Part shown: positions 13,596 to 34,417 of the stretch, piece after piece
Layout of the letters: every line of letters begins with the position of its first letter
Position numbering within the stretch: the first letter of the stretch is position 1
NCBI RefSeq assembly: GCF_009914755.1
Contig: NC_060940.1
Origin: the human T2T-CHM13v2.0 reference genome, Homo sapiens
DNA length: 64,000 bases
Direction: 5' to 3' (one strand)
Translations under genes and position numbers: made by a program
Notes under the pieces: model-generated
Told to the model about the DNA's origin: nothing
Database searches by the model: none
Seen by the model: only the letters and a program-made list of their open reading frames with translations

Positions 13596-15115
13596 AAAAT
13601 GCAATCTTAGTATTTTAAGGGCTTTTATTTTTTCCATTGTTAAAATAGGGAAAATGTGTTAAAAAAAAAAAAAAAACATTTAACTCAATTCATAACAAAC
13701 AGTGGTTTAAAATAGAAATTCCAAACCAATTTTGGCTAAAAGGATGCTAGTATATTCTGAACAGCTGCTGTTGTAGACACAGTCTGAAATAAATAACTTC
13801 CAGTGTGGTTCCAAGTCTGTGTTGAATAAACAGCACAGATACAGGAACGAGCTTTATTAGCGTTAATTGCAATGAGTCTGCGCAGCTCAAAGGCCGGATT
13901 CTTGCTCACGGCGAAATCTAGCAGTGATGATCCTTCCTCCGGCTGTAGATGGAGCCATAACATTACTAAATACGATCCCAGCACGTGCGTTGGGGGTTTT
14001 GTGCTGTAAAAGCCAGATGTTTGGAACTTTTCTGGCTTTAGTTTCTGAGTGTGAACAACCAGAAAACTCAGACCTCTATTTTCTCTGACGCTGACTGGGC
14101 TTGGAGAAGCCAAGAGACTCGCTGGGGTGGCTTCAGCTTTCATTCTCCCAGCAATTATCACCTCCTCTCACCTTCTTCTCTGACAATTTCTCTGCTTGAG
14201 GGCATCCCGGGGCTGTCAGTCCTGCCTCAGCTGGTGACTTTGTTTAGAAAAATCAGACCTGAATCCAACTTTTCCTCCCATTCTCTTGCCTTCTTTTCAC
14301 AAAAGCCACTCACAAGCAAGGCGCCTGGGGCTCTCCAGACTTCCTGGGCCAGAGAAGTTCAGGATGGGTTTTCACACCCACAAACGGGGGCCTCTGCGAG
14401 CTGGGCGGGCGCAAACTCCACTGTCTCCCCACATCTGTTCTTTCTCCCCCTTCCTGCTCCATCTCTCCTCTTTCTGCACCACCCCAACCTCCCTCACTTC
14501 TTTCTTCCCCGTCTCCTCCCTCTTCTCTTCCCCCCTCCTCCACACACACAGCCCTGTAGCCAGAGTCTTGAGACAAAGGCCGTTTCTACATGTGTCTCTG
14601 CATGACTCCCCACTGGCCTGCGGCATCTCATCGTGTCACTCCTTCCTCCAAAATATTCCACAGCTTCCTCCCTGCCCTCATTCTGGGGAAGTCCAACCTC
14701 CTTGGTTGAGGTTCTAGGGTATAGATCTCCCTTCTGCCTTCCCCAATCCCAGGCTGGGGAGATGAGGCCGACCCAAGCTACCCTGATGCTTCATGCCTCG
14801 GGTCCCATTCCTCCTCCACCAGCTAAGATTTTACTCATCTCCCGAGGCCAGGTTACATGCCCCTGCCTCCTTCAAGCAGCCCTCTTTGCTTGCCTCCGGT
14901 GGGAATTTCTTTCTCTCTCCTATGGAAGGACTTTGTGATGGCACTTGATGGCATTCTAGATTCGCCTTGGATTCTGATTACTTGGGTGCACATCTGGGTG
15001 ATGAAATGACGATTTGAAGGTTTCCCCATATGTCCTTCTGCACTGCAGTCTTTCCCGTTCACTCAGCGCATTCTTGCGAGGCTCACTGTTACAAGAGAAG
15101 GGAGCAAGGAATTTA

Positions 15116-15794
<679 letters not shown>

Positions 15795-15949
15795 CTACCG
15801 GATGGGTCTGGGTAAAAAAGGCCTTAGCTTCACAGAGTTTCCATCTCCCATGCTGGCACAGAGGGACTCAGGGACACAGAGTCAGGCCTTGTAGTAGAGG
15901 CAGGAGGTCCCACCAGCCCCCATGGCCCTGGGGCTGTGATTTCTCCTTG

Positions 15950-16330
15950 CTGGCTGGCTTGACATCAGCTGCCAGCACCCAGGTCTGTCTGCCAGAGAGG
16001 TTTCTCTAGTTGCCAGGGCCGGCCCTGCCCAAGCATGTGGCAGGGCAAAGTGTTGAGAAATTGATGGAACAACGGCCCTAATCCAGTGACCGGTGGGAGT
16101 TGGTGTATAAATACCCCAGCTCTCTCACTCCTCTTGTGGGATAACTCTGAGATGCACGCACGCTCTGCAGTGTTTTCCAGAGCTCCCCCAAGAGATTATG
16201 CTCAGCTGGCCACAGGTAACTTGCTGAATAACACTCTCTCTGCCGGCTCTTCCTTCCCTTCTCTGTCTCACACCCCTGCTCGTTTGGGGGATCACTTCCT
16301 TGTAAACTATCTCATGCTATGTATGGTTCA
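15950..16330 (+). mobile_element. LTR16-family (ERVL) LTR fragment
   Basis: CCAGTGACCGGTGGGAGTTGGTGTATAAATACCCCAGCTC...GGGATAACTCTGAG...GGGATCACTTCC. Confidence 0.7.
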
Positions 16331-16764
16331 AACTGATACAAACTCAAAAGAGGTTCCTGGAGAGGAACCAAGAGTGCTGCCATCGGAACCCATGGGGACT
16401 GACGACAGGGTGGGAGCGGAACTCTCTCAGCTGATTTCGTCACAGACAGATAATGATTGGGACCAGCTATGCCCCAGTTCCCAGAGCTCGCATCTGGTAA
16501 GCCCTCAAAAAATCTTCAGAACAACCAGAGAGAAAGGGAATGAGGGCATGTGCTTTAAATTAAGTTGACTTGTGGAAAGAGGAAACTTGTGCTTTAAAAA
16601 ATCAGAGTTTGTGGGTGCCTCCTCCATCCATTGCTCTCTTCATCTTGCCCTCTCTTTTAGCTGCTTGAGGGCAGGGAATGGGCCTGGCTCAGTCTGTGGC
16701 CTCCCATACACCAGTGTCTCCCATGGGAGTTGAGCCAAGTTCAGCCCACCTGGCAATGGGACAA

Positions 16765-17097
16765 GGCAGGCAGATGGTCTTAAGGAGCTGAGAGTCCCCC
16801 ACCCGCCCCCGCCAGCTGACCACCAGCAAGGAGACGGGACCCCAGCCCTACACTGGCAAGGAGCTGAAATCTGCCAGCAACCTGAGTGAGCACGGAGGCG
16901 GCTTCTTCCCAGAGTCTCCAGTTAAGAACCCAGGCTGGCCAACACCTCGCTTTTGGCACTGGGGAACCCTAAGCCGAGAAGCCAGGCAAGCCCAAACAGC
17001 ATTCCGACCTACAGGACTGCGAGATCATGAATGTGGGCTCTTTTAAGCCACCAAGTTTGGAGTAACTTGTTATGGCAGCAATAAGAAACTAATAAAC
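16765..17097 (+). mobile_element. MLT1 (D/E-like) MaLR LTR, 3' part
   Basis: CAAGGAGCTGAAATCTGCCAGCAACCTGAGTGAGC...TTTAAGCCACCAAGTTTG...GCAGCAATAAGAAACTAATA. Confidence 0.8.
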
Positions 17098-17259
17098 AGG
17101 TGGTTAGGGCCAGTGAGGGCCACTATTTGTGGCAACTTTGATTAAAATATTGAAATGCAAGCTCTAGAAATGCGCTTTCTATTTCTGTCCATCCTAAAAA
17201 GCACGTAGGTCAGTTATGGAGAACTTCCTATCAGGACAGCTTACTGAGAGTAACGAATA

Positions 17260-17580
17260 AGGCAGGGCACAGTGGCTTGAGCCTGTAATACCAGAGCTTT
17301 GGGAGACTGAGGCAGGTGCATCCCTTGAGGCCAGGAGTTTAAGACCAGCTGGGGCAACATGGTAAGACCATCTCTACAAAAAGTAATAATTAAAAAATTT
17401 AGCAGGGCATGGTGGTGCCTGCCTGTCATCTTAGCTATTCAGGAGGCTGAGGCAAGAGGATCACTTGAGTGCTCCAAGATTGGAGGGCTGAAGGGTTAGA
17501 GTTTGAGGCTGCAGTGAGCTATGACGGTGCCACTGCACTCTAGCTTGGGCGACAGAGTGAGACTGTCTCTAAAGAAACAA
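17260..17580 (+). mobile_element. AluJ with ~29-bp non-Alu replacement in right arm
   Basis: Diverged Alu dimer. Confidence 0.9.
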
Positions 17581-18304
17581 ACGTAAAGAAGAATGAAGAA
17601 AGTTGACTCCTTTTGGATCTTAAGGGGAGAGAGATGGCTACATATCTAAGATGGCTTTAGGTAGGTTTGGTGTGATCTGGAGGTGAGGTGGGGATGAGGT
17701 GATCACTGGGATGACTTTTGCATCGCAGAGTTTGATGAATACCACCACGACTGACTACCCAGTGGCTTTTGGCAGATGCGGGCCCTGGGATTTGCCAGGA
17801 AGTCTGGTCGTGTGCACACAAGCAGCCTTCCATGAGCATGTTTGACAGTGCCCTGTCCTGTTTGTTTCTCAGTCTGGGTGGTGTGATGGGGCCGAGGTGC
17901 AGCTTCAGGCTCACTAATGCTCTTTTGCTCCTCTTCATCCAAGCAAAGGGTACTTGGAACTCAGATTTGGAATTTGCTTTTCCTCCTCAATAAAACTTTT
18001 CTGTTTCAACAGATTTCAAGCTAATGGTAGCTACAGCTGCCAACTGGAGCTGTTCATATGCATCCTGGGGGTTGTGGTAGGGACAGGATTTCACACTTTG
18101 ATCTTTGCAATGAGGATAAATAGCATTTTCCAGTCCCCAAAATGGAGGAAGTGGGAGCTGGTTTCCTGCCCTAATCACAGAGCTCTGTGGAATCTACTTG
18201 TCTGGGATGGAAAACTCTTGTACTGAGGCTTGACTTTCATGTCTCTCACTGGTCAATATAGAAAGATGGTGAACTGGGAAAGTAACCAAATATTCTGCTT
18301 TCTG

Positions 18305-18500
18305 TTGTGGAGAATGTCAACCCTATACAAAGACACAGCATGGAAATAATAACTGCCATGCACCGGTTACTCAGCCCCAATGATGATCAGCTCATAGCCA
18401 GTCTCATTTTGTCTGTATCCCCACCTACTCACCTATCTTCTACATTCTTTTAAAGTGAATCCAAGACATCACATTATTTCATCCACAAATATTCAATAAA
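18305..18500 (-). mobile_element. L1MC4/5-like fragment
   Basis: TTTTAAAGTGAATCCAAGACATCACATTATTTCATCCACAAATATT. Confidence 0.55.
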
Positions 18501-18675
18501 GCATATATCAATTTTATAGTTAGAAATAAAAAGAATTACCTGACTCATCCTGAAACTGCATACCCCACACTCTCCTGTAGAAGCACCAGAACAGCCTGGA
18601 AATAAAATGTAGCTCTTCATCTTTGGGGGATTTCGAAGAAACGTGTTCTCTGCCCATGTTTGTTAACAATGTTTA

Positions 18676-19595
<920 letters not shown>

Positions 19596-20840
19596 TTACT
19601 CCTCCGGGCAATTCCAGTCCTGGTAGGAAAATTGCAATTCATTTTCTTCCCCCAAACCTTCTTGTACCTCAAATGCAAAATCCCTTAGTAAGTACTGGGA
19701 AAATTATTTCGAATGATCTCTCAGGAGTTCACCAGCCTCTATCCCCTCGTTAAACAGTGGAAAGGTTTGGCATTCCCATGGGTACAGCATGCCATCCCCC
19801 TCATCAAATTGTGCTCAGGCAATGTCCACTGGACTCACGGCCCTATCTGTTGCCCACTGGGCTCTCTCTTCGACTTAATATCAGGCCTGAATTGTCCTCC
19901 TGCTTTGTCCATTTGGATTAGAAACCCCATGCTGTTCAACTGGGCTTACATTTTCCTTTCCCTTTTTGAAACAATAAAAATGTTTTGGAGAGATTCTGGA
20001 GTGCATTAGAGAATCATTTTCAATTTTCATGGGAGACATGTGGAAAGACTCACCTTCACCTACAGCTCATCCCCGGAGATGGTCTGGCTGACATCTGATC
20101 ACTACCAAATGGAAAAGACCTTCCTGGCAGTCGGTGTTTAAGTACATCTCCCACCTTCATCCTGCATTGACCTCAGCACAGTTGGGGTTCACAGGAACGC
20201 GGGACTTTAGCTGAGGATCCAGGCCATGGAACCTTTCAGGCCTGGGGCGCCCCCTCCTCACTGAGGCTGGTGCTCACAAAAACTCTACAAAATGAGATGG
20301 GGCCTGAATTTGGGGGGTGGGGGAGGGCATGGCGATGGTGCAGGTGTTTCTTTTGGTGGACAGAGAAAGACCACCAGGATTTGTTGGATTTGGCTGTGGT
20401 ACTCGTTTTTGTCCACTTGAGTTAATGGAAAAAAGCCATTAAATGCTGTCTACCAGGCGCACTATATTTTCCTTGCAAATACAAATGTAAATTACACTAG
20501 CACAGAGAGTTTTAATGGCTGAGTAAATGTTTGACCTTCAGTAAGATTCCAGAATTGAGGTGTTTGCATCATTAGAAAACATGCGCTTGCACATTGACAA
20601 GTGACAGAGGTAAAGACAGACGAGATCATTCACACGGGCGCGGAGTCACAGGGTGGGGAGCTGGAAAATTGGGTGTCTGCTCTTGAGGGGTTCATGAGCC
20701 TTTTGTATGGGGATTAGGATTAGCTGCAGAAGGGCCTGCAGTAGAGAGATTTTAAAGGAATTTTTCAAATGAAGGAAAGAATGGAAGCAGACCCTGCTCT
20801 CTGACCAGGGGGTGGGGGTGGTTTGAGAGTGTGCATACAG

Positions 20841-21461
<621 letters not shown>

Positions 21462-21723
21462 TGACTGTTGACACATTTTGCTGTAGAAAAGCCTGGAATC
21501 TTTGGGTGTCTCCCCAGGGACTCCTGTTGAGAGGGGTCTTCTCCATTGCTCGCAGTTGCCATAGTGACACTGACTGACTGTGATGCCGATGGAAGCCTGA
21601 GGTGGTCCAGATATATTTGGGTTACAGAAGATGTGCTGGCACACTCTTCTTGAAGAAGGGAGGAGAAAAGCAAAATGCAGCCTTGGTAGATTGGAATGGT
21701 TTTCACTAAGAGATGAACTGTGG

Positions 21724-22649
<926 letters not shown>

Positions 22650-23589
22650 TCAGTCCCGGGGACTTGGCGGGCCAGCCAGAGTTTCCTGGCATTTGGTTCT
22701 GAAGTAGGTGAGGCCAGCTGGCTCTGGAGTTTTGTAGAGCTTATGTCAGACTGCGTATTGGGGTCTTGTTTGCTGCCTGGGAGGTGATGATGTTGGCTGG
22801 CTGAGTCCCAGCAGTTCCTTGGGGGGCCCATATGGAGGCTCTGGACCCTGATAGGTTCTTTCAAGCCAGTAAAGGAAGGGGTACAGGAAGGTAGGTCTGG
22901 GGATGGAAAGTAGAGAGGATCTAACAGCCAGAGCTGGGCTTCAGGGCTTAAGCTCGTCATTGGCTGTTGCAAGAAGGAATTCTTACTGACCTGGCGGCTA
23001 GACAGGGAACGTTGCTTCTTCCCTTCCTACTGTGAAGGATTCTGCATGCATCTTAGGCCCTTCCTTGCGGGGACGGGGCTCTTCCCCATGGGTGTGATGC
23101 GTGCTTTGAAAAGGCCTTCATGACCCCAGTAGCCCCACAAAGCCTTCTTCCTGGAAATAAAAAAAAAAAAATGCACCAAAGCCCAAGTTTAATGCAAACC
23201 CTGAAGCAGGCAGTCTTTCTGCCTCTTTATATTACTATCTCTTCAACACACTCCACTCCAGACCCGGCCTCTGGGGAGAGAGCTTGGGGTTTGCCTCTGA
23301 AGCCATGGATCTGTTTCCAGCGATGTTTGTGTACTCTTGACTCCCATTGCTCAGGCCTTAAAGGTAACTTGCATGTAAAGTTTCTCCTTCTTTGGAGCAA
23401 AGAGATCTTTTTCCAGGGGCCTCCAATTCCTCTAATGCTACCGGGAATGAAAACACCCAAGGCAACCAAGAGTGAATCACAGAGTCCTCAGCTCAGTGTC
23501 TCAGACACACTAAGACAATCTGCCACTGTCTGCCTTCTCTATGCTGAAAGATAAACACCCCACAGGCCACGAGGAAATGAGAGTGGCTG

Positions 23590-23745
23590 ATGTCCACTGA
23601 ATGCTTATCATGTGCCAGGCACTCTTCTAAGTGCCTTGCATGTCATATCTAATTTAACCCTCATAACAGTAACCACTGGAGATTGTATTTTTTATGATCC
23701 TACTCCAGGGAGGAAGAAACTGAGGCCTGGAGAGACTAACACACA
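23590..23745 (-). mobile_element. MIR SINE
   Basis: ACTGAATGCTTATCATGTGCCAGGCACT...GAGGAAGAAACTGAGGC. Confidence 0.75.
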
Positions 23746-23774
23746 GGGTTGTGCTGCAAGGGAGCAGGGATTTT

Positions 23775-24519
23775 TCTTTTCTATTCTTTTTCTTTTTAAA
23801 ACAAAACAAAACACAGGGCCTCAGTCTGTTGCCCAGCCTGGAGTGCAGTGACACCATTACAACTCACAGCAGCCTCAAGCTCCTGGGCTCTGTAAGATTC
23901 TCCCCGGGGCCTGAAAGCTTAAGGAGATGAGTAACTCCTCCCTTCTCAGGCCCAGGCCCAAGGCGCAAGACCACTTGCTTCGGCAGCGTGTGTCAGCAAG
24001 ATAGCAGAAGCGGGAGGAGAGCTGGACAGAAGACACCCACCCTCGCTGGAAGACACGGACCCCTGAAGATCGAGAAAGAGGCCATCCGGGTGCAACGTAG
24101 CAATTACGTCAGACTAGGGCACTTCCCGTTTACAGAAGACTATAAAACCTTTGCCCTGTCCTCACTTGGGGCTGACGCCATTTTAGGCCTCAGCCCGCCA
24201 GCACCCAGTGCGTCTGCTCATTAAAACGGCATGTTGCTCCACACCGCCTCGTGTTGTCTGTTGGCGCAGTCTTGGGGTTAGAACCGTTACAAGAACCGTA
24301 CAGGCTCAAGCAATCTTCCTTCCTCAGCCTCCTAAGTAGCTGGGATTACAGGTGCACACCACCATGCCTGGCTAATTTTTACTTTTTTTTTTTTTTTTCT
24401 AAATAGAGACAAGGGTCTCACTATGTTGCCCAGGCTGGAAAATCCTGACCTCAAGTGATCCTCCCACCTCAGTCTCCTAGAGTGCTGGGATTATAAGCTT
24501 AAGTCACCAAGCCTGGCCA
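23775..24519 (-). mobile_element. AluJ split by an LTR insertion
   Basis: CTCCTGGGCTC|AAGCAATC is continuous once 23891-24307 is removed. Confidence 0.85.
23891..24302 (+). mobile_element. Solo LTR, LTR3-like (HERV-K HML-6)
   Basis: TG...CA ends; TSD GGCTC at 23886-23890 and 24303-24307; TATAAAA ~24141; ATTAAA 24220; family from recalled GGGGCCTGAAAGCTTAAGGAGATG motif. Confidence 0.8.
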
Positions 24520-24532
24520 GGGAACAAGGATT

Positions 24533-25648
24533 TGTCAACAGAAAAATCAAATTCTGTAAAATATTTAAAGAGGTTTATTCTGAGCCAGCATGAGTGACCA
24601 CGGCCTGGAGAACAGTCTCAAGAGGCCCTGAGAAAGTGTGCCCCAGGCGGCTGGGTTACTTTGGCTTTATAAATTTTAGGGAGACAGAAGTTACAGGTAA
24701 AGACATAAATCAGTACATATAAGGTATACATTGGTTCAGCTGGAAAGGTGGGACATCTTGAAAGTGAGGGGGAGTTAGTGGGGTAGAAGGTGAGGGGGTG
24801 GTGTTTAGAGGTCATAGGTTGATTCAAAGATTTTCTTTTCTTTTTTCTTTTTTTTTTTTGAGACAGAGTCTCGTGCTGTTGCCCAGGCTGGAGTGCAGTG
24901 GCGCAATCTTGGCTCACTGCAATCTCTGCCTCCTGGATTCAAGTCATTCTCAGCCTCCCGAGTAGCTGGGATTACAGGCGTGTGCCACCATGCCCATGAT
25001 TTAAAGATTTTCTGATTGGCAATTGGTTGAAAGAGTTAAGCTTTGTCTGAAGACTTGAAATCAATGGGAAAAAATGCCTGAGTTAAGATAAGGGGGCATG
25101 TGGAGGCGAGGTTCTTGTGATGTAGATGAAGCTTCCAGGTAGCAGCCTTCAGAGAGAATAGATGGTAAATGTCTCTTTTCAGATCTTAAAAGGTGTCAGA
25201 CTCTTAGGTCATCTCTCTTAGATCCAGGAAAGACCTAGAAAGAAAAGCCGTGGCTGTGTTAATGGAGATTTTCTACAGATGCATGTTTCCTCAACAGAAG
25301 ATGACTTTGAGGGCCATTTCAAAAGATGTCAAAGGAATAAATTTTGTGGCAAAATATTCTGATTTCCTTCAGGGTCTGCTATCTGTCATGTGATGCTATA
25401 CCAGAGTCAGGTTGGAATTTGGTATCTTATTGCCACAAAGAGTCTGTTTTGTCAGTCTTAGGATGGATCTCTATTTTAATGTTAATGCTGGTCAGCTGTG
25501 CTTAACCTCCAAAAGGGAGGGAATATATAACAAGGTGTGTCCCATCACAGCCAGGAATTCAGTTTTTCGGGTTTCTCAGGGGTCCTCTTGGCCCACAGGG
25601 GGTCCATTTAGTTGGTTGTTGTGCTTAGGATTTTATTTTTGGTTTATA
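24533..25648 (-). mobile_element. MER4-group ERV1 solo LTR with truncated Alu at 24837-24996
   Basis: End is reverse complement of T(G)TAAACCAAAAATAAAAT; 4-bp TSD GATT. Confidence 0.85.
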
Positions 25649-26082
25649 GATTCCAACCCAGGCTCTTCCTGCTTCTCTCCCCACCTCAGCAAACTCAGGG
25701 GCTTTGGTTTTGTGCTGTGGAATCAGGAGCATCTTCTGGGGAGGAGTCTCAGTGTGGTGGTTAATGGGGGTCTGGGGCACCAGCATACTCAGGCAGGATG
25801 GAGTAGAACGAGATTCTTCCTGGAAGGCCTTTGGGGCTCTGGAACCAAACAACTCAGAATGAGCCACATCATAGCTGTATGCCTGTCCATAATCTCCCAC
25901 TCCATTACTGTCCCCTAGGCCACCCCACTGACCCACCCCTAGCAATGATGGATGTGGCAGCTTTGAGCATCTTCACCCAGCAATTTCTCTGTGCCAGGCC
26001 CAGCTCTCAGGCCTGAGGATGAAGATGAAAAAGACACAGCTCTTACAACTGGTGACCTTAGGACCTGTGCACAGGTGACTAA

Positions 26083-26532
<450 letters not shown>

Positions 26533-26722
26533 TAAGAGAGGCATATGGCCCATGGGCATGACCCAGAGGAAGAAATTTAGATAAAGAGGTGTTCAATTAT
26601 GCATTATGGAAAAGAGAAAGAACCTCTGGAATTATCTGCATAGACCTTGAGATGGGGTTTGAGGTCCCGGAAAAAAAAGATAGGAGTGAAGGGTTCCTCA
26701 GTATTGTCTTATGTTATTAGAA

Positions 26723-27620
<898 letters not shown>

Positions 27621-27853
27621 AGGAGGGAGCCGTTGGCTAATAAGATCTAGGAGAGGACTAGAAGCTTGCAACTAAAGCTGTTCCCTGCTAGCACAGCAAT
27701 TATTTAGTATAGTCACCCACTGCCTTCCTGATCTCCACCCCAAGGATCTGAAGTACAAGTCAGTCATATGCAGTCATGTGCACTGGAGTTGATGGTGAAG
27801 TCCAGGCAGTGATGGGCATAGGAGGCCTGAGACAGGGCCAGGCAAGATGGTTA

Positions 27854-28262
<409 letters not shown>

Positions 28263-28324
28263 GACACCAGAAGAAAGAAAGTGTGGGATGGAGGAGGGGA
28301 AGCTAGATCCTTTTAGTGTGTGTT

Positions 28325-28714
28325 GCGGTGCTGGGAGTAGGGGAGGAAACGAGGCACTTGCCTCAGGCACAACGTTTTGGGTTGTGCCAAAAAACTCATG
28401 CAGCAAGATGATCCTATTTTCATGCAATATTTTTTTAAAAAATGCCAAAACAACCCGTGATAAACCATCAAAATGTTAAATAAAGAGAGGACTGGCATTA
28501 ATAATTTTTCCTTTTACCTCAGGTTCCAGGATAGCTGAGCCATGCTCTAAATCCTGTCTTTATTTAATGTTCTGATAGTTTATGCATTATGGTGTTTTGT
28601 GTTAATTTTGGTCTTTAAAATATTGCAGTACGACATGATTTAGCTTGATTGCCGAGTTTTGGGCCACACCCCTAAATATTGCGTCTCACTTGTCTCACCC
28701 TAGTTCTGGCCCTG
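28325..28714. mobile_element. MER96B-like palindromic hAT element
   Basis: Right end CTCACTTGTCTCACCCTAGTTCTGGCCCTG; left end GAGGCACTTGCCTCAGGCAC...GCCAAAAAACTCA; arms are diverged inverted copies. Confidence 0.7.
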
Positions 28715-28744
28715 CATTGGGACTCAACACATTTTATTTGACTA

Positions 28745-29503
<759 letters not shown>

Positions 29504-30003
29504 CTAGAAGCGCTTCAGGCCATGTTGTTCTTTTTCTTTTAAAGGCGTCCATGTAAAATCAGATGTTAACTCTCTGAATAAACCCGAGTGGAACGGCTTT
29601 TTTTTTCTTTATTAACACCAATGACAATCAGAACAGTTGGGAAAAATATGTGCCTCCTACCAAACAACGTACAATAGTTTAGAAGGAAAACACTACGTAG
29701 TTACATGTGTAACAAACAGTTCTTATTTACTGATGGTGAGAAAAATGAACAACAAAGCTTCAAGGGAAACCAGCAGGAAATATATTAGCAGGGAGAATGA
29801 TTTATTTCTTTGAACGAGGCCTATTTCTTTTATAAATGAGTTTTGTTTTGCATCTTGGTCAATGTCAGCATCCCCTCTCTTTTTATTTATTAAAGTTTAT
29901 GTTGGGTCCATCATGTATTACAGTCAGAAAACCACAAAACAGACAAAAGAACTAGCATGTGGGACTTAAATGATGTGCGTGGACTCCCTGGAATTCCAAA
30001 ATT

Positions 30004-30160
30004 ATAGAATGCTGGGCTGCATGGTGTCTTGGAAGTCGACTGGTCCAACGTTACAATTCCCACCTTGACCACATCTATATCCGTCCCCATTTTGTTGGGA
30101 GGAAAATGAGACTCAAGGGAAAAGGATTAAAGCCAGAATCACACAGTTGGCTGGTGGTGA
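30004..30160 (-). mobile_element. MIR fragment
   Basis: CCCCATTTTG...GAGGAAAATGAGACTCAAGG...ATCACACAG. Confidence 0.55.
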
Positions 30161-30394
30161 AAATGGATCATTTTTCAAAGAGATGCTTTGTAGGGGGAGA
30201 CTCAAAACCTAGAGTTCTGGTCTTTGTTCTTTCCTTTAATTTTTTTTCCTCAAGTACTGCATAAAAGATCAATTTCATTCATTGTTATTGATTATAGTAT
30301 ATGTGGCTTACCCAGAAGCAATCAAATCTTTGTCTCCCTCCAAGGATTACCTTATTCAAGTTAGTGTTCTATTATATTTTTCTTTTCCTCTCTT

Positions 30395-30449
30395 TTTGTT
30401 GAGAGACTCCAGCTCTGTCACCCAGGCTGGAGTGCAGTGGTGTGATCTT
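30395..30449 (-). mobile_element. Short Alu fragment
   Basis: CTCTGTCACCCAGGCTGGAGTGCAGTGGTGTGATC. Confidence 0.85.
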
Positions 30450-30555
30450 TCATTTTCAAACACTTGAAGTGCACACAGAGGGCTGAAAGGGGCCTTAAGA
30501 AGAACTCTAATTGTTGCTAATGGTGATCCAAGTGGATGATAAAATGCTGCATACT

Positions 30556-30773
30556 GGCTGGGCGCAGTGGCTCCCAGCACTTTGGGAGGTAGAGGGGGGA
30601 GGGTCGTGTGCTCATGAGTTATAGACCAGCCTAAGCACGTGACTGTCCCAGCTACTAGGGAGGCTGACGTGGAAGGATCACTTGTGCCCAGGAGTTGGAG
30701 GCTGCAGTGAGCTATAATTGCTCCACTGCACTCCAGCCCAGGCAACAGAGCAAGATCCTGTCTCAATTTTTAA
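30556..30773 (+). mobile_element. Internally deleted AluJ
   Basis: TSD AAAATGCTGCATACTG on both sides. Confidence 0.88.
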
Positions 30774-31339
30774 AAAATGCTGCATACTGCTAAAAGGCAA
30801 GATGAAGCAGGAAGACTATCTTTCTGTCTGCAGCCCTGGGCCTGACAGAGCTCCAAAAATATTTGTCTTGAATATTGTTGAGTCTTGAAAATTTCATGCT
30901 AAGCAACTGCTTCCTGTTGCAATAACAAATATTCTTCTCTGAGTGAATACACAGGACCAGAGGAAAAAAAGTTCCTACTTGTATTCTTAGAATTCTCCCA
31001 TGCTCTGAGGGGTGGCCTTCAGTGCCCACCAGGCGATTCAGCATATCATGGTTTTCTGCCTTTTTCCTAGACAGTGTTCATTTGATTCCTGCGTTTCCAG
31101 ACTTCTTCCCCTTCCTATCTTTTGTTGTTGGGCTTGTTTTGTTTTAAAAACTTTTATTTCACAAATAAGATGTATTCATTTTAGAGCCAGAAAACACAGA
31201 AAAAGGAAGTAAAGAAATAGAAATCAGCCATAATCCTAGAGTAGTCAGTCAACTTTGACATTTTGAAATATTATTTCTAGCCTTTCGGTATTAATTTGTA
31301 CACACTAAAGGTCTATGTTCTCTTTCTTTCCTTCTCTCT

Positions 31340-32820
<1,481 letters not shown>

Positions 32821-33014
32821 GCCCTATTTATGACAATGCAAAGCATTGTTTTCAACCTTGTGCTGAAAGTGGGATTATATCCAACCTTGAGCAGCCATAG
32901 ATATTCACACAGTCCTGGATCTTCCACTGCCTCCACTCTATCAGTACTAAGGGAAAACATAGTATAGTTTGCCCACCACTCCCAGCCACACTCTATGAAT
33001 GTGACTGGATAAAC

Positions 33015-33887
<873 letters not shown>

Positions 33888-33929
33888 AAATGACCCAAGG
33901 AGGGAGTATTTAGTGCCTCTTTTTGTGGC

Positions 33930-34100
33930 CAGAATGGTTTGGCTTCTGCTGCAGTAACAAACCTCCAAATCTCAGTGTCTTAAGAAAGGCTTATCCCTCA
34001 TGTCCATCATGCTGTACATGCTCTGACTTTGGAACACATGTTGGTAGCACATTCACTATCTTGAACATTGCCTGCTGGATTCCATATCAGGAGGAAAAAG
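33930..34100 (-). mobile_element. MLT1 fragment
   Basis: TGCTGCAGTAACAAACCTCCAAATCTCAGTG. Confidence 0.55.
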
Positions 34101-34302
34101 AGTTTTCATTGGGTGAATTTTCTGTCTTCCAAGTTATCTAGGAGTTATCACCTTCCAAGTTTTACCAAGTTTTGCCACTGCAAACCTGGATCATCGACCT
34201 TCCAGGCACCAATAGAAGTCTCCATGAAGTTGGATGCCTGCGTTTAAGCCTGTGCCATCTATTTTCTTTTCTTGTTGTCACCATTTTCTAGGTACTCATC
34301 TT

Positions 34303-34412
34303 GGTATCAGTCAGGATAGCCTAAGTTATGCTGTGGGAAAAAACAAGTCCCCAAACTCACTCAGACTATGCTCATTGAAGGTTGGCTGGGTCTATGCTGT
34401 CTCTGTGCGTTC
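34303..34412 (-). mobile_element. MLT1 (J/K/L-like) 3' part
   Basis: GTATCAGTCAGGATAGCCTAAGTTATGCTG...CCCCAAA. Confidence 0.65.
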
Positions 34413-34417
34413 ATAAT

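Noticed and set aside
14051-14717. 184-aa and 143-aa ORFs
   Set aside because: Open because of a pyrimidine-rich tract; non-ATG starts and no recognisable protein.
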